Positions 12,603 through 23,400 of a DNA stretch of 64,000 bases are shown here, piece after piece; positions within the stretch are counted from its first letter, which is position 1; every line of letters begins with the position of its first letter. Position numbers and translations under genes: made by a program. The stretch is from Podarcis gaigeae (taxonomy: Eukaryota), in NCBI GenBank assembly GCA_964106915.2, contig OZ066922.1; one strand, written 5' to 3'. The notes under the pieces were generated by a model that saw nothing but the letters and a program-made list of their open reading frames with translations, ran no database searches and was not told where the DNA came from.

Positions 12603-13634
12603 GCCCAGCTCCTGTCTTCTGAGGCAGCCACCTCACTCTTCCTAATGGTAGGTTTAGCCATGCCATCTACATTGAAGCTATAGCTGGTGATGGTTGGTAC
12701 CCATTGGGATTGATGGGTCAGAAAGCATAGAAACCAACAGTAGGCGGGGGCCAGAGCCAATGACTGGCAGATCCAACATATTCTAGTTTTGTCACTATCC
12801 TCCTCCTCATTGAGTTCTGCACAGGGCACACTGGCACTAAGGAGGAGGCAGCAGCTGATAGCCATACTGGACTGGTTGGGACAGTGGGGGATGCCTGAGG
12901 GCAGATTGGGGTTGGTGTGGCAGCCCCTGTTTGCCATAACGGACCCCCCTCCACCGGTTGCAACACATACATCATTAATGCATCATTTATGTCTATCCTC
13001 GAATCCGACACAGCCAGCATGCTTGCAAATAAAGGGAGTTTCATGAACAAATAGGAACTTAACCAAACTGTGCATGCAAGTACTTTATAAGCCATTTGTC
13101 TGTATCGTTCTGCTGTGTGGCGCACAGAGTCCTTTATCATACTTCTGCACCTGGTTAGAATTCTGAGGAAGAAGGGAAATGATAACATTTCTCCTTCACC
13201 CCTTGGCAGCATGATGCAGTGGTGCAAGCTGCCTCAAGGCTGCAAAATCCCATCCAGTAGTCAAGACAACAGTTCACCGGTCAGATCTTTGGTGATCTTG
13301 CCCATCAGCTTCTCCAAGCCCTTTAGAAAAACAGAAATATTCTGAATGCATTTATTTATGCTATGAACACACATTTTTTTGGCTCTTACGTAGTGGTTTT
13401 ATACAAGGGTTATTGATTTTTAACTGTAATAAATATGTTGTAGAAACTCTCCACCTGAAAGGCAATTAAGATGATGCTATCTGAATGTTCAATGCAAACA
13501 GCTTTATTGATTCTTAGAAATTTTTTTTAATCCACTTCACATTCTTGTCCAAAGTGCCAAGGGGCAGATGCCTGCTTCCTCTTACCTTGTCAGAGGGCCA
13601 AACTGCGTGTGAGAGTATTTTGCGTTTTTCTGTA

Positions 13635-13872
13635 TAGTGGTACCTCGGTTTTCGAATATCTCTGTTGACGAACATTTCGGTTTTCGAACGCCATAAACCA
13701 AGAAGTAAATACTTCTGTTTTCAAACACGCCTCAGAATTTGAACACGCCATGTGGCTTCCGCTGAGTGCAAGATCCTGAGGCCTAGCTGCTGGCTGTTGA
13801 GTTTTCAGTTTTTGAATGTTTCAGAACTCAGACTTCTGGAACGGATTACATTTGAAAACCAAGGTACCACTG
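13635..13872. mobile_element. Tigger-like MITE, family B
   Basis: TA|TAGTGGTACCTCGGTTTTCGAA...TTTGAAAACCAAGGTACCACTG|TA. Confidence 0.88.
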
Positions 13873-14845
13873 TATTGCAGTTTCTTCCCAATACAAATAG
13901 CAGCTGGGGGTTTATACAGGACCACCAAAGGGTGAGAATCCCGACAATTATCAGCCCCAATCCCACAGCACCCCACAGCAGCAGACATTGCTTGCATTTA
14001 AAAATAATTTTAAAAACTTGCATGTTCAATGCAAAGACCCATTTAAAGTCACCTCCAAATTGGCCTTAAAGTTGATACCAAAATATATAAAACACCTCAG
14101 ACTGTCAATATTTTGATTCGTCACCAAAAAATAATGAGACAGCTACTTCAGAGAGCATTTTCAAGTCAACCCTGGCTGATGTTTCGATACCTTTAAAGAT
14201 CATGGGGAAGAGGTTTTGTTGTTGTTTTCTTGACAGATAATGTGCTTGTCCTTTCAGGGCCTTTTTGTTTGTGTTTGAAGAGACTTTGAGAAGCACCCTA
14301 GAGTTTTGATCATTACTCATTTGCCTAGACACTTCATAGCAGTGTCAGTTTTCTTTGATGGCCAAGAAGCAAAGGATAGCAACTAGGAATGTTGTATGCG
14401 AGTTACGGCTGCAGAAAATGTTCAGCTAAAGCATATCGACTAACACATCTCTCAGAAATCCCACCAGTTTGGTTAATGTATCTCCTAGGATACATTGCTC
14501 CTAGGAGTAACCTTGCTTGCCTCCTAACAATAAATAGTAATGCGATTTTTGAATTTTAGAAGTTTGTTCATTTATAATGTAATTATTTCAAGAATATAAG
14601 GTTCCGTAGAAAAAAAGGACAGCTTGCTCTGCCTTTTCTTTTCATTGCTTGGTCAGCTTCATACATTAAGGTGGCAATGTTATTGTCACTGAGAAGTCTT
14701 ACATGTTCAGGGGAATAATCTGACCATGCATGTTGTAACATATGTAACCGACTTCCCATTGGTGATAAGTTGGAACTTGAACACTGTGGCTGAACTGAAA
14801 GGTTAACTGAAAACTATGAGCAATCCAGTCTTGGGAAACAGATTA

Positions 14846-15095
14846 CCGTATTTTTCACTCTATAAGACACACCAGACCACAAGACGCACCTAGTTTTTGG
14901 AGGAGGAAAACAAGAAAAAAAATATTCTGAATCTCAGAAGCCAGAACAGCAAGAGGGGTCGCTGCACAGTGAAAGCAGCAATCCCTCTTGCTGTTCTGGC
15001 TTCTGGGATAGCTGCATTCGCTCCACAAGACGCACACACATTTCCCCTTACCTTTTAGGGGGGGAAAAGTGAGTCTTACAGAGCAAAAAATATGG
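14846..15095. mobile_element. Tc1/mariner-superfamily MITE (CCGTATTTTT TIR) with an internal palindrome
   Basis: TA|CCGTATTTTTCACTCTATAAGAC...GTCTTACAGAGCAAAAAATATGG|TA. Related elements start at 27789 and 54035. Confidence 0.88.
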
Positions 15096-16679
15096 TACAT
15101 ACGCTGCAGCAATCATGTGAGTGGGGAGCATTTTTTTTACTGGCAACTATTATGCTATCACTTGGTGGCTGAACATCTGGTTTATGTGGAGAGGTCCCGA
15201 GTTCAACTCCTGACATCACCAGGTCAGGCTAGGAGAAAACCCTGCTTGACACCTCAGAGTTGCTTCCAGTCTAATCCAGACCCAGGACCCATTTTAGACT
15301 CTCGGCCAGGAACATGGGACCTACCTCCACATTTTCGCTTTTCTTTTGGCATAGTATTTTTTTCATTAGTTCAGGTATTGGCCGTGAAACTTTTGAACCC
15401 TCTTAATAGTTGTATCCTCTCTTTGGCTTCCATCCCACCCCTTTCAGTTAAGCCTATGGTTGATGCTGAGCAAGAGGGCAATTCGTTTTAATCTGTTTCA
15501 GATTTTCACTTTTGTACGTTTGAAAATATGCTCATGAATTTTCCTTGGTTTTATCTTTCTGTAAACTGTTTTGAAGCCACAGAGAACTGTAAACTGTTTT
15601 GAAGCCACAATCAAGCCACAGAGAAATTTTATGAAATAAATACATAATCACAACCATTTATGCATGTGTTTTGGTACCCAAAAAAGCTTTTGGACCACTT
15701 TCTATAACTTTTCGCTACCTTCTTTCTTTCTGCTGCCTTTTTCCTCCATCACTGGTCCTGCCTTTGTTCTTTCACCTTCCACCTGTGCTTCCTCCCTGCA
15801 TTTTCTCAGTTCTTTTTCGGTTGCCACATGCCCTCGGCTCCCCTTCTTTCACAAGTCTGTCTGTTTCCTCTTTCTCTCTGCTCTTGTCATCTTCTGCTTT
15901 CTCTTTACCTTCTCAAACTTCTATACTTTCTTCCTTCTACTCCATTTCACCTTCTTGATATTTCCTTCCTCTCTCATTTCCCTTTTGCTCACTTTCTTCC
16001 ACATTGTGTCACCTTTTGTGCCATCTTTAAATTCACCTTTCAGTTGCCCTTGCTCCTTGCTAATGTCAACTTGCCTGAAATAAAAAGGAACAGGATTTCT
16101 GGGGAAGGTTCATCACCCCCAGAACCTAATATAGACGGCAGTTGTTCTTCGCTGTCCCTGTTGGATGATGGCTTCTCCCACACTGAAATAATGTCCAGTT
16201 ATAGTTCCAAAACAAAATGTGTTTTTTCTTTTACTTTGCAAAGTCTTGCCATTTCCCATTTCTTTCTTTTTTTAACAAGCAATTAAATAAAACTAATTTT
16301 CATTCCAAATCAACCCATATTAAAGTTGAGTACTTATTTGAGAGTAAGTCCCATTAAAATAAATGGACCTTTCTTCTGAGTAGAGATGCATAGGATTTGC
16401 ATATTAATTTAATTAACTTTAACTAAGCATCTCCTTCCCTGGGGACCCGAGTCTCCTCTTCCTTTCCTGCATTCCACCCTGTTTTGTCCCTCTGTCACAA
16501 CTACTCATCTATCTGCTCTCGCCTTGTATCAACATGCTTGAAATCAAGGGTACAGAAAATAAATCTGAAAAAGTTTCAGTACTCTCAGAACCTTATCTGG
16601 ACAGTAGATGTTTGCTGCTGTCCTAAACTATTCCCATTTAAACAAAATGACTTTACTTCTGAGTAAATTGCAAGAATGA

Positions 16680-16762
16680 GCAACCCTAACCAGGTCTACA
16701 CAGAAGGAAGTCCTGCTGAATTCAATGGGCCTTACACCCAGGAATGTGGGATTAGGATTGTA
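16680..16762. repeat. Short (about 80 bp) quasi-palindromic interspersed repeat; other copies near 16310-16400, 33362-33425, 35310-35380, 47055-47140 and 51205-51272
   Basis: Shared layout CAAYCCTA...GTAAGTCCCA.TGA..TCAATGGG.CTTAC...TAGGATTG with inverted ends. Confidence 0.65.
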
Positions 16763-18164
16763 ATTTTACTTCTGAATAAACCAACTGAAAAGTTGCAATA
16801 ATCCTATTATACTTGCTCTCAGGTAAACTCATATCGATCCAGATCAGGCTGTAAAGCTGCCACAATCCTACCAGGACACATTTTAGCCGCTCTGTGAGCC
16901 TCAGGGAAGGAATTTAGCGGTGGGGCCATTTTTGTGAACTGGCTAGGGGAGGGATGTGAGGCAAAGAGGTCTGTTGTAAAATGGTGGGTTATGAGAATGC
17001 ACTGCAAAGAAGCACTGAAAGTATCTCCTGTGGAAGTCACTTTGATAAGAGTAATAGTTTCATTAGTGATTCTAAGCCATCGGGCAACTACTTGAGGTTC
17101 TGTACATTTACCAGAATGGGGTGGAAACTTTGAGGTGACTGTTTGGGCTGGCCAATATTGCAAGGATCATTCATATAGGGAAACCAAAGCCAAACCAAGC
17201 CATAGTCGACGCCAGTGTGACATTTGTCTGGCTGAGCCAATTGCTGTCCACCAGCCACTTATTATGGTTTGCTGACAACACTTTCCCCCTCGTCTTTGCA
17301 ATCCCAGGCAGGCAGGAGTTTTATCAAGCCCCCATGCGCCATTATACATGGCTGGAAGACTCTCTTTAGCTTGGTGAGTCCACTGTAACATGGCAGCACA
17401 TTTTCCTCTGGACAGTAAGGACAGGAAAACATCAGACTTGAGCTTTTCACCTTTATGTCCTTGAAGCAAAAATACTGTGCTTCCCATTTTAGATTCTCGC
17501 TTATGGGATCTAAGGTGATAACTAGCTATTTGCTTTTGAAAACCTTGTTACCCAATCACTTAAAGATGGTTTTATGGTATACCATTATTTTATGTGAGGG
17601 GTTCTTAGTTTAGTTAATTGTTCAGACCTTAGGTCTGGGTAAGGCATATGTGTACTCCTCCCTAGGACCAGAGGCCATTGTCCAGTCAGGATCCTGCCTT
17701 CAGTCCAAGAGGGAGGGCACTACCCACTACCCAATCACTTGTTGGACTGTCTGCATCTGGAGAGCACAGAAAGGAAACTCAACAGTGAGTATTCATTTTC
17801 CTTTTCAGAGCCAGATTGCACCAACCATTTAGCTTGCAGTGGACTACAGAACCATATTGCTACCATTAACATGGATATATATACATATATAGTTCTCAAG
17901 ATCCTAAGCACCATGTATGGCCTTTTCAGTCACCCCATCCTTGTGCTGTACCCCATGCCCCACTCCCAAGTTGTCCCTAACCATCAAGGGACCACTTACC
18001 TCAGCATTTCATTGGGTGTAAAGGGCTACAACAATGAGGGAAAATCAGCAACCCCTCCATACTTTGCCTCTGTACATAGGTCTCATTTGATCCTGGCCAG
18101 TATATATTTATATTAAGTAACTGGGCAAAAATCCCCTCGTGGTAGATTTAAAGTGGTTGTGGGA

Positions 18165-18337
18165 AGAGATAAACAACTACCTGACATTTAGAAGACATCT
18201 GAAGGCAGCCCTGTTCAGGGAAGTTTTTAATGTGTGACATTTGAATGTATTTTTCATCTTTGTTGGAAGCTGCCCAGAGTGGCTGGGGAAACCCAGCCAG
18301 ATGGGCAGGGTACAAATAATAAATTACTATTACTATT
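18165..18337 (+). mobile_element. L2 LINE 3' terminus
   Basis: AGAAGACATCTGAAGGCAGCCCTGTT...GGAAGCTGCCCAGAGTGGCTGGGGAAACCCAGCCAGATGGG followed by a (TTA)-like tail; same family as the copy at 35855. Confidence 0.8.
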
Positions 18338-18355
18338 AGGGGAGTAGGTTTAGAG

Positions 18356-18491
18356 CAGGGTTTCCCAAACTTGGTCTCCAGCTGTTTTTGGACTACAACT
18401 CCCATCATCCCCAGCTAAGGAAGACCAGTGGTCAGGGATGATGGGAATTGTAGTCCAAAAGCAGCTGGAGACCCAAGTATGGGAAATCCTG
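18356..18491. mobile_element. Palindromic hAT (Charlie/URR1-like) MITE
   Basis: Foldback arms around GGACTACAACTCCCATCATCCC / GGGATGATGGGAATTGTAGTCC, with a perfect 8-bp TSD GTTTAGAG. Confidence 0.92.
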
Positions 18492-20104
18492 GTTTAGAGG
18501 ATAAATGTAAATAAATAGATAACAAGGGTCAAGAAGGACTATAGCCTTCTTTTCACAAGTTGCCTTCTAATTGAGACACGTCTTACATTACACTTCTGTG
18601 GGCCAGTTCTAACAGGACTCTATCTCTCACACACACATTTGCTTTTAAGATGCAAGCATGGAAGAGAGCAAGTGTAGTAACATCAGAACAGTAAGGTACA
18701 GGTTTAACACATACACTTTTGTAGAGAAGCCTCAGATGGTCTACAACAGGGATAGCCGACACCAGCTATGCCGTCTGGGGCTGATGAGAGTCTTAGTCCA
18801 GCGGCATCTTGAACTGGTCTTCAGTTTTGAGAGCAGTGATTCATAAAGGGTGGCCTTTAACATCAACACAATAAGCACCACTAAGAATCGAAATGGAACC
18901 CAAGGTGAACTGCTAACCTATAAATTGCAGGGGTTGGATGAGATGACCCTCTGGGTACCTTCCAACTCTACAGTTCTATGACTCCATGAGATTAGAATTG
19001 AAGCCAGCCCTATCATTTACGCAGAATGAGGCTGCCAACTTCAGACAGCAGATTTTGAGGTACAATGGAAGGTTAGCAAATGGTCAGTTATTTAGTTTTC
19101 ACATTTAAAAGACACCCACAATTGCAGGAACCATTTGGATTTTCTGCCTCAGGCACCCAAATGTCTAGGGCAATTTCTGGCTTAGAGCCATCTCAGTTCA
19201 ATTCCTGCATGTTGTCCGTTCCATTTATGAATGCCTAATGAGCATATATGACTGATGAATGCTGCAGAGGAATTATAGGCGCTGTCAAATATTAAAAATA
19301 GTTCCTTGCGGCTGGTTTGTTGTTAAAAACCAATGAAATGCTTTTTAAAACCTTTTTTAAATGAAAGCTAATGCTTATTATAGTTTGCGTGATTTAAGTA
19401 GAAATCAGAATTGGCTGACAGCATTAAAAACGGGTGTTTGAAAAATGTCAAGCCAATTGACTTAAGAAAGCTTGCACACCTACTACATAAATAATATTTG
19501 TACCCCATTTAGCATAACTTCATACTGGATTTCTTATTCAAAGAGGTTATTTTCTTATGTTATAAATGTCATACAGTTGAAAGATGCTTTTCATTTTGCC
19601 TTTCATCCAACCGACATTTATCGAAATTCTACTGGATATTTTTTATCTGCTAAACTCTCCCTGCCCAAACCCTTTGCCACAGTAAATATATTGGATATTT
19701 GAAGGAAATGACCTATTTATAATTAGTTGGAATGATGTGATCATGTAAGCCAGCTTGTTTAATCATGTGTGAATTCCTAATTATAAATCCCAGGAGGCCA
19801 TATGTGGCCAAACACAATTACCAAATTATTAAAATACGATGAAGGTGCAAAGATAGATTTCACCACTCTTCCTTTGAACTATGGTCATGCTTTGACAGTG
19901 ATTTTACAAAGATGGTAACATTTTAAGGATGGTCATATTAAAAATATCAGAACAGTTTAAGACATCGGTGCTAACTTATCTGGCTTCTTTTAAAAATTAT
20001 TATTTTCTTATTTTAAGAAGAAACCAGATTGTTGAGGGGCTTCTGGGAGCACCAGGAATTGCTTGAGTGGGAACTGAATATGACTTAACTGCTATGGGTT
20101 AACC

Positions 20105-20240
20105 CAAGCATAGGCAAACTCCAGCCCTCCAGATGTTTGGGACTACAATTCCCACCATCGCTGACCACTGGTCCTGTTAGCTAGAGATGGCGGGAATTGT
20201 AGTCGCAAACATCTGGAGGGCCGGAGTTTGCCTATGCCTG
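20105..20240. mobile_element. Palindromic hAT MITE
   Basis: CAAGCATAGGCAAACTCC...GGAGTTTGCCTATGCCTG; TSD GGTTAACC/AGTTAACC. Confidence 0.9.
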
Positions 20241-20506
20241 AGTTAACCACTCATGTCTCAAACTGTTTCATTAAAAAAAAAAAAACCAGTCTTCAAATTT
20301 TACCATCTTCATAAACTTACTGGAAATTGCTGGGGGGCGGAGCAGGCTTGTGGGTATCATCATCATAATCATCATTACTGAATTAACCAGCAGGTGGTGA
20401 TGTGAGCTCTACAAACATGCTGGTGAGAGCAGAAAGGGGGGGGGCAGTGTCACCTCTTTTACCTTTGCAAATGGACCCCTTCTCCCTCTTGACACAGTAC
20501 AATTCT

Positions 20507-20749
20507 GAAGAATTTGGATTTGATATCCCGCTTTATCACTAAACAAAGGAGTCTCAAAGCGGCTAACATTCTCCTTTCCCTTCCTCCCCCACAACAAACA
20601 CTCTGTGAGGTGAGTGGGGCTGAGAGACTTCAGAGAAATGTGACTAGCCCAAGGTTACCCAGCAGCTGCATGCGGAAGAGCAGAGACGCGAACCCGGTTC
20701 CCCAGATTACGAGACTACCGCTCTTAACCACTATACCACACCAGCTCTC
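20507..20749 (-). mobile_element. Squam3-type CORE-SINE
   Basis: Reverse complement of the element at 1134-1405. Confidence 0.88.
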
Positions 20750-20879
20750 ACCAGTGAGAGGTTTCAGTGAGGTTCAGGAAACAGAAAGAAGCATGCCTTC
20801 CTCTATCCTCACCAAAATAAACCCTTTTTTAAAAGCTGAACACCATGAGAATGGGACTTCTATGCAGTGGCTCCCCCTT

Positions 20880-21150
20880 CGTGGAATGTTCTCCCTAGGG
20901 AGACTTGCCTGGCACCTTCATTACGTATCTTTAGGCACCAAACAGCAACGTTTCTCTATAACCAGGATTCTGGTTGGTTGAAATTCTATGACCTTTTAAA
21001 TGTGTTTGGGGGGGGTCTTTGGTTTGTTGTTTTTTTGCTTTGTTTTATCATGCATTTTGTGACCCTACTTTCTATTTGTATGTTGTGAACTGCCCTGTGA
21101 TCTTCGGATGAAGGACAGTATACAAAATAAATGAATGATTGAATGAACGA
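20880..21150 (+). mobile_element. L2 LINE 3' terminus (second family)
   Basis: TGTGAACTGCCCTGTGATCTTCGGATGAAGGACAGTATACAAA stem-loop end followed by a (TGAA)-like tail. Confidence 0.65.
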
Positions 21151-22791
21151 ATGGAAAAAAACCAGTCCTGGTTTAAGAAATATGATAAATGAACAAAAAC
21201 TACTGAAAAATGCCATATATTGAATGTAGACATATGTTTGGGGCATAGTTGGGAGATAGGCTAGGGTTCCAAAATGTACTTTATGGATGCCAAAATCTGC
21301 TATTCCTTTTCAAAAATGTATTCTCCTTTGGGCAGCAAGCTTCCAATCCCATATCACAATCTGTTTTGAAAAGTGTACTTACTTTCAAAAGCTCTTTGCT
21401 ATGCAGCTGATGGGTGGTACTTATCTGAGAAAACCAAGACCCCCCAGAACACATGAAGCTAGTTGTGGATAATAATATATGGACTAGTAATTTTTGTATG
21501 TGACACTTCACATGTCACACGTTTTCCCATTTTGACCTGCTTTCCACATTAAACTGCAAGTTGTTGGGTTTTTTTAAAAAGCATTTACATATGAAAATCA
21601 GACATGCTTTCACTAGAAATAGGCATTTCTCGAATGGATTTCCTCTCAAAATAGGCATTTTGATGCATTTTTTATTTTAAAAAATCTGTATTGCAAAATT
21701 CTGAAAAGTATAATGGATTTGTTCCCATCCACACATCAGTCCAGGAGAAGCAGATCAGATCAATTGATTTTGGAATTCGCAGAGATCAATTTCTTCAAAT
21801 CCCCCTAGTTGTTCACTTATTTGGATCCCAAACACACCACATGATTCTGATCCATATTTCCTTATGGATTGAAATACTATTTTCTTACGCTAATAACTAC
21901 GGCAGGAGATTGCCTGAAGAATGTATTGTAATAGCAAATTTGAAATTGATACTAAGAGTAGTTAAATAAGATTTCTTTTCATACATCTTTTTCCTAATGA
22001 AAGGTAGAAATGGGATATAGAAAAGAGGCATAGCTGGTTTAATTTTCCTCAATAATGCCAGTATTGATGGTTAAATTTACAGGCTTTGTATCCAAAGTTT
22101 TGTGTTGTCAAAAACAGGGGTAAAAAACAAAAAAACAAAGAGCACAACCCTTGGCAGCTGGCACTTGGATAAAAGCAAGCTTTACTTTATGCAGGAATGC
22201 TTGCAAATGATTTATTGGCCAAGGTAATTTTCTACTAGATTATAGCAATTAGAATAAATATGAACTGCCAGTATGCCAGCTGATTTTGTGTTGACCTTTC
22301 AAAAGCCAAGTGCACATAGGCATATAGGACAATTGGCATAAAGGCAGCTCAAGGGCGTCTGTGATATGATACTTGTCATCTTATCTCCTTCCGAGACAAT
22401 GAATTAGACTAATTATTAACTGTTTTGGCAAGTCGCAGCTTTCTGGAATCATATTGTTTTAGAAGTCTGCTCACTTTTTTCGGTGAGCGGTGTTGCAGCC
22501 AGACACCCGAAGTTGATGCCCCCCCTTGTGCCATCCAGGCCACGTCACTGGCGCTGGGCAGGGCCCCACTGGCCAATCAGTGCTGGTAGGGGGCGTGACT
22601 GTGGGAAATTTAACTCTGGCATGGCTGGGGTTGGAACTGTCATCAGAATCAACCGCTACGTATGCTACACATCAAGGTAGCAATGTTATGATGACAGAAG
22701 AATTTCTTATCACAATAAAATGGAGAATATAATGAGCTGAACAAATGATATTGGGGTTGGCAAGTGGGGATTGAGCCAGTGCATTACAGTT

Positions 22792-23110
22792 CGGGATGGA
22801 GGACAAACTGGATTCAACATGCATTTAAAAGTGAAGTTACCTAATTTGCAGCTTTCCAAAACCATATAGGAACTGAAACAGAGTCACCCTTCAAACTTCG
22901 CACTTCACATTTTGCAGAGCAGTTCTTCATCCAAGCATTGCATGCAAACAATTAAGAATGCACTATATTGAGGTAAAATCATGTTCCAAAAAGGTGGAAA
23001 AATTCACACAAAAATGCTGATGAATTTCCATGAGGATTTTTTTTTTTCTTAACCAAAACTGATGTGGAAATGTGGAGAATTGAATTTAGGAGTGGGGGCA
23101 AAGGAGAAAG
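22792..23110. mobile_element. Unclassified interspersed repeat (GGGATG.../...CATCCCTA end); relatives at about 34890-35288 and 21520-21808
   Basis: Reverse-complement similarity, e.g. CCTAATTTGCAGCTTTCCAAA vs TTTGAAAAGTGCAAATTAGG, and ATGCTGATGAATTTCCATGAGGA vs TCCTCATGAAAATTCATCAGAAT. Confidence 0.6.
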
Positions 23111-23178
23111 TGTGAGAAAGTGAAACTGGCGATTCACTCATCCCTAACTGCAACCTATTTCTGTGCAACAAGGAAATA

Positions 23179-23400
23179 CAATCATACCTTGGAAGTTGAA
23201 CGAAATCTGTTCCGGAAGTCCGTTCAACTTCCAAAATGTTCGAAAACCAAATCACAGCTTCTGATTGGCTGCAGGAAGCCCCATTGGACATTCAGGTTTC
23301 AAAAGGATGTTTGCAAACCGGAACAACCACTTCCAGGTTTGCAGTGTTCAGGAGCCAAAATGTCTGAGTTCCAGGGTGTTTGACAACCAAGGTACAACTG
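23179..23400. mobile_element. Tigger-like MITE, family C
   Basis: TA|CAATCATACCTTGG...CCAAGGTACAACTG|TA. Confidence 0.8.

Noticed and set aside
15664-16286. Overlapping F/S/L-rich ORFs
   Set aside because: Artefact of a pyrimidine-rich tract lacking stop codons.
22483-22660. GC-rich patch with CCAAT and GC-box motifs, possibly a fourth copy of the structured element's promoter end
   Set aside because: Only generic motifs are shared; I could not establish a colinear alignment by eye.
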